DNA from: an uncultured bacterium
GTDB lineage: Bacteria; Patescibacteriota; Minisyncoccia; Phycocordibacterales; GWA1-40-21
Direction: 5' to 3'
Assembly: GCA_903831595.1 (NCBI GenBank)
Contig: CAIKXY010000010.1
Coordinates: 1 to 51,136, forward strand
Length of the DNA: 51,136 nucleotides
Below, piece by piece: positions 36,981-43,923 of the stretch. Position 1 is the stretch's first letter. Each line of letters starts with the position of its first letter. A model generated the notes under the pieces. The model made no database searches and was not told the DNA's origin. It was given only the letters and a program-made list of their open reading frames with translations. A program made the position numbers and the translations under genes.

Positions 36981-37260
36981 GTTGTAAACCTTTTTTCCAT
37001 CCACCGAGCATTCTTCCAATTTCTTCTAATTTTTCAGACAACTCAATATATTTTTCATTTGGTATCAATTTACTTTCCCATGCAAGTTGGGAGAAGAATT
37101 TTAGAGTATCTAATTTTGTTATTGTTTTTCCTAGTAGTATAATCTTTGATTCAGGAGGTAAATATACTGATGCAAAACTAAATTCTAGAATATCTAAAAA
37201 TGAACTCTCTATCTTTTGTCCAATACCAAAGCGTTCAGTTTTAGGAAAATTTCTGTGCAA
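36961..37260 (-). CDS. avd: DGR accessory variability determinant (Avd-like four-helix-bundle protein), 5' end ambiguous
   Basis: FPKTERFGIGQKIE...KLDTLK...EIGRMLGGW resembles Avd/IVS four-helix-bundle proteins. The TTG start at 37260 truncates helix 1, and the frame stays open upstream to the G10 tract. ATG 37345 would be in frame if the tract were one base shorter. Confidence 0.8.
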   Translation of the reverse strand: MHRNFPKTERFGIGQKIESSFLDILEFSFASVYLPPESKIILLGKTITKLDTLKFFSQLAWESKLIPNEKYIELSEKLEEIGRMLGGWKKGLQQKTPAK

Positions 37261-37319
37261 ATTTAGCCAAAATTGATAAGCATCTTTTTCTTTTGATATT
37301 ACAACGGGCGATTTCTGTA

Positions 37320-37329
37320 GGGGGGGGGG
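37320..37329. repeat. G10 homopolymer between/within the avd 5' end and RT upstream region (DGR-1)
   Basis: Direct reading: ttctgta + G10 + tcac. Confidence 0.95.
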
Positions 37330-37355
37330 TCACTTTATAGTTCATATAATTTATT

Positions 37356-38339
37356 ATGGAAATTAATTTTAATACTTACGATACTATCATATCTCTAAAA
37401 AATATTCACGAAGCTTGGCGTGAATTTATTTCTGACAAAAGATATAAAAATGATGTTGCCGAATATGCGCTTGCTCTTTCAAATAATATATCTAACTTAC
37501 ACCATGATTTGAAAAATAAAACATATATTCATTTTGGATATAAAGCTTTTTCTATTAATGACCCAAAACCAAGAAATATTCATAAAGCAATTGTGCGTGA
37601 TCGATTATTACACCATGCGATTTATAGGATTCTTTACCCTTATTTTGATAAAAAATTCATACACGATTCATACTCATGTAGAAATTTTAAAGGCACACAT
37701 AAAGCATGTAATCGTTTTAGAGATTTTGCGAGAAAAGTATCAAAAAATCACAGTAGAACATGCTGGGTTTTAAAATGTGATATAAGAAAGTTTTTTGCTT
37801 CTATAGACCATCTTATTTTGCTGAATATTTTAAAAAGACATATTTTTGATGTTGATACTCTATGGCTTTTAGAAAAAGTCATAGAAAGTTTTAGTAGCAC
37901 TCAAAAAGGAAAAGGCTTGCCTCTTGGGAATCTGACATCACAACTTTTGGTAAATATTTATATGAACGAGTTTGACCAATATATAAAACATACTCTTAAA
38001 ATAAAATATTATATTCGATATGCCGATGATTTTTTGGTATTAAGTGATAAAAAAGAAGAGTTGAAATCTTTGCTCGTTTTAATAGATACATTTTTAAAAG
38101 AAAGGCTTGCTTTATTACTGCATCCAAATAAAGTATTTATAAAAACATTTGCTTCCGGGGTTGATTTTCTCGGTTGGGTGAATTTTTCTGACCATAGAGT
38201 TTTGAGGACAGCCACAAAAAGAAAAATGTTTAGAAAATTAAAGGAAAGTAACAAAAAAGAAACCATTCAGTCGTATTTGGGTATGTTAAAACATGGAAAT
38301 GGTTTTAAACTTAGAAATAGAGTAACCAATTTTTTGTAA
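37356..38339 (+). CDS. DGR-type reverse transcriptase
   Basis: 327 aa with RT motifs including LPLGNLTSQLLVNIYMNEFD (the DGR-typical SQ motif) and IRYADDFLVL (YxDD). Confidence 0.95.
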   Translation: MEINFNTYDTIISLKNIHEAWREFISDKRYKNDVAEYALALSNNISNLHHDLKNKTYIHFGYKAFSINDPKPRNIHKAIVRDRLLHHAIYRILYPYFDKKFIHDSYSCRNFKGTHKACNRFRDFARKVSKNHSRTCWVLKCDIRKFFASIDHLILLNILKRHIFDVDTLWLLEKVIESFSSTQKGKGLPLGNLTSQLLVNIYMNEFDQYIKHTLKIKYYIRYADDFLVLSDKKEELKSLLVLIDTFLKERLALLLHPNKVFIKTFASGVDFLGWVNFSDHRVLRTATKRKMFRKLKESNKKETIQSYLGMLKHGNGFKLRNRVTNFL

Positions 38340-38377
38340 TTTTCAATTTTTACAATTTTCTGTTATAGTTTTTTGTA

Positions 38378-39265
38378 ATGGAACCAAAAATTTTAAAAAC
38401 GTTACCAAGCGCAGATTACGAGCTTATTGATAGCGGAAATGAAGAAAAGCTTGAACGCTATGGGAAATATGTTTTGAGAAGACCAGATCCACAAGCTCTG
38501 TGGAATAAAACCTTGTCTGAAATTGAATGGAAAAATGCAGACGCTACTTTTGGAGCTGATAAAAAAACATGGAAAAAGAAAAATGCCAGTATGCAAAATG
38601 AGTGGCAAATCTCTTTTGATAACCTGCCTGCGCAGGCAGGTTTAAAATTTAATATTAAACCAACAGCTTTTAAACATACTGGAGTTTTCCCAGAGCAAGA
38701 ACCAAATTGGATATTTATAAAAGATAAAATTAAAAACGCACAAAGACCAATAAAGGTTCTGAATCTTTTTGGATATACAGGCGGAGCAACTTTGGCCGCA
38801 CTTTCTGCTGGCGCGGAAGTCACACATGTTGATGGTTCAAAATCTGCAATCACTTGGGCAAAAGAAAACGCTGAACTTAGCGGGCTTGATAAAAAACCAG
38901 TTCGCTGGATTATTGATGACGCAAGAAAATTTGTGATGAGAGAAATAAAACGTGGTGGAAAATATGATGGAATAATAATGGACCCGCCATCATTTGGCAG
39001 GGGAGGAAAAGGCGAAATTTGGAAAATTGAAAGCGATTTTATAAAACTTTTAGAAGAATGTTCAAAAATACTTTCTGATAATCCACTTTTCTTTATAATA
39101 AATGGTTATGCTGCAGGATATTCTTCGCAAGCTTACTATAATGCTTTGAAACCTCTTGTAGAAAAATATGGAGGCCAATTTGAAATAGGGGAACTTACAA
39201 TACAAGAATCAAAAGCCGGCAGACTTTTACCTTGTGGTATTTTTGCCAGATGGAGTAAAAATTAA
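38378..39265 (+). CDS. class I SAM-dependent methyltransferase (RlmI/YwbD-like, PF10672-type)
   Basis: VLNLFGYTGGATLAALSAGAEVTHVD (SAM motif I) and IIMDPPSFG (motif IV). Confidence 0.8.
   Translation: MEPKILKTLPSADYELIDSGNEEKLERYGKYVLRRPDPQALWNKTLSEIEWKNADATFGADKKTWKKKNASMQNEWQISFDNLPAQAGLKFNIKPTAFKHTGVFPEQEPNWIFIKDKIKNAQRPIKVLNLFGYTGGATLAALSAGAEVTHVDGSKSAITWAKENAELSGLDKKPVRWIIDDARKFVMREIKRGGKYDGIIMDPPSFGRGGKGEIWKIESDFIKLLEECSKILSDNPLFFIINGYAAGYSSQAYYNALKPLVEKYGGQFEIGELTIQESKAGRLLPCGIFARWSKN
38623..38640. repeat. 18-nt perfect GC-rich palindrome cctgcctgcgcaggcagg inside the methyltransferase gene (copy 2)
   Basis: Identical 20-mer to 35287-35306, in the same reading frame (NLPAQAG). Confidence 0.9.
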
Positions 39266-39333
39266 TTTTGTTTAGTCGTTTAACATTAAAAATGCTATAA
39301 TCATTTAGTTATTAGTTTTAATCAATTAAAAAA

Positions 39334-40152
39334 ATGGATGAAAATAAACAGTGTTGTGAAGGAGTATGCCCTTGTATAAAAGGAATGTGTTCTCATATGA
39401 AAAAGTTTGGTCATAAGAAAGTTTTTGCAGTAATAATGCTTTTGGTTTTAATTTTTATTGTGGTAAAAGTCTGTGGACATGGGGATTACAATAGAAACGG
39501 TATTCAAAAAGATACAATAGTTGTAAGTGGAAAAGGAGAACTTACAGTAAGACCAGATATAGCAACAATTTCTTTTAGTGTTATGGAAGAGAATATGGAT
39601 GTAGCAGTCGCATCTGATGCAGTAAATACAAGAATTGCAGCAATTATTGCAAGTTTGAAGGCAAACGGAGTAGATGAAAAAGATATAAAGACAACAGGAT
39701 ATAATATTTATCCAAGATATGATTATTTAACATCACAAGTATATCCTTATGGAGGAAAGCAAACACTTGCAGGATATGATGTAACACAAAGTCTTAGTTT
39801 GAAGATAAGAGATCTTACAAAAGCAGGGAAAATAGTTACCGACCTCGGAACACTTAAAGTCACTGATATGAGTGGTTTGAATTTTACAAATGATAAGTAT
39901 GATGATTTGGTAAAAGAAGCAAGAGATGAAGCCATCGTTCAAGCAAGAAGTGAAGCAACAAAACTTGCAAAAGCTTTGGGCGTTAGACTTGTTAAAATAA
40001 CTGGATATTCAGAAAGTGGAAATAATTATCCTGTTTATTATGATAGAGCAGCAATGGGCGTTTCTTCAATGAAAAGTTCAGTTGAGGCGGTATTGCCAAC
40101 AGGAGAAAACAAAATCACTTCAAATGTTAGTATTACTTATGAAATAAAGTAA
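39334..40152 (+). CDS. SIMPL (DUF541) domain protein with Cys-rich N-terminal tail and TM anchor
   Basis: RPDIATISFSV..., GYNIYPRYDY..., VTQSLSLKIRDL and a C-terminal ITYEIK are typical of SIMPL. The N-terminus is MDENKQCCEGVCPCIKGMCSH, followed by a TM helix. Confidence 0.8.
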   Translation: MDENKQCCEGVCPCIKGMCSHMKKFGHKKVFAVIMLLVLIFIVVKVCGHGDYNRNGIQKDTIVVSGKGELTVRPDIATISFSVMEENMDVAVASDAVNTRIAAIIASLKANGVDEKDIKTTGYNIYPRYDYLTSQVYPYGGKQTLAGYDVTQSLSLKIRDLTKAGKIVTDLGTLKVTDMSGLNFTNDKYDDLVKEARDEAIVQARSEATKLAKALGVRLVKITGYSESGNNYPVYYDRAAMGVSSMKSSVEAVLPTGENKITSNVSITYEIK

Positions 40153-40189
40153 AATAGCTAATTAGCTTGTAGCTCCTTAGCTTATTAGG

Positions 40190-40236
40190 AAAAAGCAACA
40201 GGACGGTGACCAAAGATCGCCGTCCTGTTGCTTTTT
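40190..40236 (+). terminator. long hairpin terminator
   Basis: aaaaagcaacaggacgg...ccgtcctgttgcttttt. Confidence 0.7.
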
Positions 40237-40317
40237 AGTTATGTTTTATGGTACTATATATTTAAGCCCGAAAGGGTGGTTTTTTAAAGAAAGATTTATA
40301 AATTTAATTTTGCATTG

Positions 40318-40370
40318 TTGGATTCTTGTATTTCTAAAAGCTACAAGCTATATCCTACAAGCTAATAAAA
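40318..40370 (+). repeat. leader repeat copy B (upstream of secE)
   Basis: ttggatt...ttctaaaagctacaagctatatcctacaagctaataaaa aligns with 40562-40616. Confidence 0.7.
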
Positions 40371-40550
40371 ATGTCAAAACTATCAAACTATCTTCTAGAG
40401 ACAAAAGAGGAAATGAAACATGTTAGCTGGCCAACAAGAAACCAAACAATTATTTTTACAGTACTTGTCATTGTTATTTCAATCGCGGTCGCCGCATATC
40501 TTGGACTTTTCGATTACTTATTCTCACTAGGTCTTAAGAGTATTATTTAA
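40371..40550 (+). CDS. secE: preprotein translocase subunit SecE
   Basis: 59-aa ORF MSKLSNYLLETKEEMKHVSWPTRNQTIIFTVLVIVISIAVAAYLGLFDYLFSLGLKSII with the SecE signature (E.KKV.WPtr) plus one TM helix. It lies directly upstream of nusG and is below the ORF-track length cutoff. Confidence 0.85.
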   Translation: MSKLSNYLLETKEEMKHVSWPTRNQTIIFTVLVIVISIAVAAYLGLFDYLFSLGLKSII

Positions 40551-40561
40551 TAAATTAATTT

Positions 40562-40616
40562 TTGGATTAGTTTGAGTTTTCTAAAAAGCTACAAACTACT
40601 TCCTACAAGCTAAAAT
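40562..40616 (+). repeat. leader repeat copy C (upstream of nusG)
   Basis: ttggatt...ttctaaaaagctacaaactacttcctacaagctaaaat. Confidence 0.7.
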
Positions 40617-41162
40617 ATGGCAAAACAAACAATTGAAGGCGGAAGACATTGGTATGCAATTCACACTTACGCTGGTTATGAAAATGCAGTTGCGAGAAAT
40701 CTAAAACAAAGAATAGATTCTTTGAATATGAACGACAAAATTTTTAATGTCGTTGTTCCTGTTGAAAAGAAAATTAAAATAAAAGGAAACAAAAGAGTAG
40801 AAGAGGATGAAAAAATATACCCAGGTTATATTTTGGTAGACATGATTGTTACTGATGAATCATGGTTTGTTGTTAGAAATACACCAAGAGTTACAGGGTT
40901 TGTAGGAACAGGAGTTCACCCAGTACCATTAACACAAAAGGAAGTTGAATTTTTCTTGGGCAGACTTGATACTAACAAAGTTTCTCATGCTGTAGATTTT
41001 GTTGCCGGTGATACAGTAAAAATCGTTGATGGACCATTCAAAGACCTTGAAGGCAAGATTAGCGAAGTTGATGGGGAAAAAGGAAAGGCAAGAGTTATGG
41101 TGCTTATGTTTGGAAGAGAAACATCAGTCGAGCTTGATTTACTTCAAATAAGAAAAGTTTAG
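40617..41162 (+). CDS. nusG: transcription termination/antitermination factor NusG
   Basis: WYAIHTYAGYENAV NGN domain and KOW motif GDTVKIVDGPFKDLEGKISEV. Confidence 0.95.
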   Translation: MAKQTIEGGRHWYAIHTYAGYENAVARNLKQRIDSLNMNDKIFNVVVPVEKKIKIKGNKRVEEDEKIYPGYILVDMIVTDESWFVVRNTPRVTGFVGTGVHPVPLTQKEVEFFLGRLDTNKVSHAVDFVAGDTVKIVDGPFKDLEGKISEVDGEKGKARVMVLMFGRETSVELDLLQIRKV

Positions 41163-41223
41163 CTTTACTTTTAAGAGGATATTTGGTACTTTAAGCAAGC
41201 CTCTGATTAACTAATATAAAAAT

Positions 41224-41646
41224 ATGGCAAAAAAAATAGCAAAAAAATTAAAATTACAAATCCCAGCGGGGAAAGCTACACCGGCTCCTCCTATTGGTCC
41301 AGCTTTGGGTCAGGCAGGTATAAACATTGGTGATTTCGTCAACAAGTTTAATACCGCGACAAAAGCAATGATTGGAGACACTCTTCCTGTAGTTATTACA
41401 GTTTATGAAGATAGATCATATGATTTCATCTTAAAAACTCCACCTACAGCTAGTATGATATTGAAGGCGATAGGTCAGGAAAAAGGTTCTGGTAAACCCA
41501 ACACAGTTAAAGTTGGAACCATTACAAAAGCCCAAGTCAAAGCAATTGCTGAAAAGAAAATGGTAGACATGAACGCAAATGATATAAATGCAGCCATGAA
41601 AATGGTAGAAGGAGCAGCAAGATCCATGGGGGTAGAAGTTAAATAA
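41224..41646 (+). CDS. rplK: 50S ribosomal protein L11
   Basis: [22 protein letters not shown] signature; 140 aa. Confidence 0.95.
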   Translation: MAKKIAKKLKLQIPAGKATPAPPIGPALGQAGINIGDFVNKFNTATKAMIGDTLPVVITVYEDRSYDFILKTPPTASMILKAIGQEKGSGKPNTVKVGTITKAQVKAIAEKKMVDMNANDINAAMKMVEGAARSMGVEVK

Positions 41647-41650
41647 TAAA

Positions 41651-41682
41651 AAAGATGTGCTTAAAAGCACATCTTTTGTTTT
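41651..41682 (+). terminator. intrinsic terminator after rplK
   Basis: gatgtgctt-aa-aagcacatc followed by ttttgtttt. Confidence 0.65.
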
Positions 41683-41815
41683 AACTTCTACCGGCCGGAA
41701 GCTGTGAAGCTGAGGCGGGCCCGCGCAACTTTTCAGCAGAAAAGTATGTGTGGGTTGACGTGAAATAAATTTTAAACAAAAGGACGGCACGCGAAGCGTG
41801 CCGTCCTTTTTGTAT
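41683..41815 (+). ncRNA. candidate small RNA: GC-rich structured segment with its own terminator
   Basis: A GC-rich island in AT-rich DNA. It contains the palindrome gcgggcccgc, the hairpin cttttc-agca-gaaaag, and the terminal hairpin ggacggcacgc-gaa-gcgtgccgtcc followed by ttttt. No plausible ORF. The strand is inferred from the T-run. Confidence 0.3.
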
Positions 41816-41849
41816 TGTATTATTTTTAAAAAACTATAAAATTAGAATT

Positions 41850-42311
41850 ATGTTAGGACCTAGAGACAATTATATTTCATGGGATGAATGTTTGATGCGA
41901 ATTGCTTTTACGATTTCAGAAAGATCAAAAGATCCATCGACCCAAGCTGGTGCGGTTGTCGTGAATGAAGAAAATGTCGTTGTTGGAATGGGATACAATG
42001 GTTGGCCACGTGGAATTGAAAGTTGTGATTTACCATGGGATAGGGAAGGCAATTTTGAAGACACAAAATATGCATACGTTTGTCATGCCGAAGAAAATGC
42101 AATTTATAATGCAAACAATACAACAAAAGGTTGTAAAATATATACAACACTATTTCCATGCAATGAATGTGCAAAAACAATAATTCAAAATGGGATAAAA
42201 GAAGTCATTTATGACTGTGATAAATATCACGACCAACCAGAAGCAAAAGTTTCAAGAAAAATGTTTAAGTTGGCAGGCATAAAATTAAGACAATATTCAT
42301 GCAAAAAATAA
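41850..42311 (+). CDS. deoxycytidylate (dCMP) deaminase
   Basis: CHAEENAI and PCNECAKTI zinc-binding motifs; 153 aa. Confidence 0.9.
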   Translation: MLGPRDNYISWDECLMRIAFTISERSKDPSTQAGAVVVNEENVVVGMGYNGWPRGIESCDLPWDREGNFEDTKYAYVCHAEENAIYNANNTTKGCKIYTTLFPCNECAKTIIQNGIKEVIYDCDKYHDQPEAKVSRKMFKLAGIKLRQYSCKK

Positions 42312-42856
42312 TTATAGGTCTTGTGGGGCAAATAGCTTGCGGGAAGGAAGCTGTAAAAAAATATCTCGCAAAAAAATACAATACAAAAGATTGTAAATTT
42401 TCTACTCCACTTCGTGATGTGGTAAATAGACTTACTATTCCCGAGAGTAGAGAAAATCTTCAAAAACTTTCTACGAGTTTACGGGAAAATTTTGGACAAG
42501 ACCTATTGGCAAAAGTTATTGCATCAGACGCCTCGAAGTTAGATTCAGAAATAGTTGTAGTTGACGGTATACGTAGAATGGCGGACATGAAATACTTAAA
42601 AGAATTACGAAATTTTTATTTAATAAAAGTAGAAGTTGATGCAAAAATAAGATACGAGAGAATGGTTAGGAGAAATGAAAATGCTGGCGACAAAGATAAA
42701 ACTTTTGAGCAATTTATTGCCGACCAAAATAATGAAACAGAAAAAGAGATTCCGACTGTTATGAATTTTGCCAAAATAAGTATAGATAATAATGGGACTT
42801 TAGAGGAATTATATGAAGAAACAGATAATGTAATTAAGGAAATATTAATGAAATGA
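42299..42856 (+). CDS. P-loop nucleotide kinase-like protein (dephospho-CoA kinase / dNMP kinase-like)
   Basis: N-terminal IIGLVGQIACGKEAV P-loop-like motif. It is 185 aa and overlaps the flanking nucleotide-metabolism genes. Specificity not determinable. Confidence 0.45.
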   Translation: MQKIIIGLVGQIACGKEAVKKYLAKKYNTKDCKFSTPLRDVVNRLTIPESRENLQKLSTSLRENFGQDLLAKVIASDASKLDSEIVVVDGIRRMADMKYLKELRNFYLIKVEVDAKIRYERMVRRNENAGDKDKTFEQFIADQNNETEKEIPTVMNFAKISIDNNGTLEELYEETDNVIKEILMK

Positions 42857-43479
42857 AAAGAGGTAAATTTATTGTTATTGATAGTGGAGAAGGAGCAGGG
42901 AAAACCACTCAAATTAAGCGTCTCAAGGATTTGTATGGGAATCTTGTTGTTCTCACGAGAGAACCTGGTGGTTCTCCTTATGCAGAAGAAATCCGTAATA
43001 TTATTTTAAAATCTGAAAATGCAGGTCAAGCAGACGCAAAAGTCATGTTTTCATTGTATTGGGCAGCAAGGGCGGATCATCTTAAAAATACTATCATTCC
43101 CGCTTTAGAAAAAGGTAAAATCGTTGTATGTGACAGATTTGATTCTTCCACTTTTGCCTATCAGATAGTTGCACAAGATGGTCGAGAATTAGAAAAATTA
43201 TATTGGGAAACAAGAGAAATATTTTTAGGAGATACAAAGCCAGATTTGTATATTTATTTTGATATAGACCCTAAGATTGGTCTCAGTAGAAAAAATGGGC
43301 AAGGGGCTGATGAAAGAAATCATTTTGAAGATAGACAAATTAAATTTCATGATGCTTTGAGAAAAGGTTTTAAGGAGTTTATTAAACATGTTCCGCATGA
43401 GATAATAGATGCAAGTCAGCCTATTGATGTCGTATGGAATAATTTTAAAACTGTAGTAGAAAAAGAAATAAATAAATGA
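42853..43479 (+). CDS. tmk: thymidylate kinase
   Basis: P-loop DSGEGAGKTTQ, TREPGG and the DRF motif. Confidence 0.9.
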   Translation: MKRGKFIVIDSGEGAGKTTQIKRLKDLYGNLVVLTREPGGSPYAEEIRNIILKSENAGQADAKVMFSLYWAARADHLKNTIIPALEKGKIVVCDRFDSSTFAYQIVAQDGRELEKLYWETREIFLGDTKPDLYIYFDIDPKIGLSRKNGQGADERNHFEDRQIKFHDALRKGFKEFIKHVPHEIIDASQPIDVVWNNFKTVVEKEINK

Positions 43480-43898
43480 TTCTAAAAATCAAAAAATTAC
43501 ACACAGATGCAAAGGTCCCCCAATATGCACATTATGATGATGCGGGTTTTGATTTGTGTGCAAAAGAAACTATTGTCGTTAAAAAAGGAGAGAGAGTGGC
43601 TGTACCAACGGGTATTGCAATGGAAATTCCAGAAGGATACGTTGGGCTCGTTTGGGACAAAAGTGGACTTTCTATGAAATATGGGCTCAAAACTATTGGC
43701 GGAGTTATAGATTCATCTTATAGAGGGGAAGTGTTGATAGGGGTAATAAATTTTGGTGAAAAAGATTATATTTTTGAAAAAGGTCACAAGGTTGCTCAAA
43801 TGATAATTCAGAAAAAAGAAAAAGTAGATTTTGAAGAAGTAAAAGAACTATCTGATACAGTCCGTGGGGAAGGTGGTTTTGGAAGCACGGGGAAATAA
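43476..43898 (+). CDS. dut: dUTP diphosphatase
   Basis: AGFDL, GVIDSSYRGE and RGEGGFGSTG motifs; 140 aa. Confidence 0.9.
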   Translation: MILKIKKLHTDAKVPQYAHYDDAGFDLCAKETIVVKKGERVAVPTGIAMEIPEGYVGLVWDKSGLSMKYGLKTIGGVIDSSYRGEVLIGVINFGEKDYIFEKGHKVAQMIIQKKEKVDFEEVKELSDTVRGEGGFGSTGK

Positions 43899-43923
43899 TT
43901 ATTAATTAAATATATTATTAAAT

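Larger units (their letters stand above)
35685..38339 (+). mobile_element. diversity-generating retroelement DGR-1 (target/VR, TR, avd, RT)
   Basis: VR/TR pair with adenine-only mismatches, an Avd-like four-helix-bundle gene and a DGR-type reverse transcriptase. Confidence 0.9.

Noticed and set aside
36834-37142. ORF-track protein MANVNLNSDGLNVNVNRFSNDNVWNAENRH… (and the analogous 49269..49535)
   Set aside because: These are translations of the DGR template repeats (TR1, TR2) and the downstream spacer, not genes. The Asn-rich sequence reflects adenine-rich TR codons.
40241-40426. 61-aa ORF upstream of nusG
   Set aside because: It is in a different frame from the clear SecE ORF (40371..40550), which has the SecE signature. 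The 61-aa ORF is spurious.
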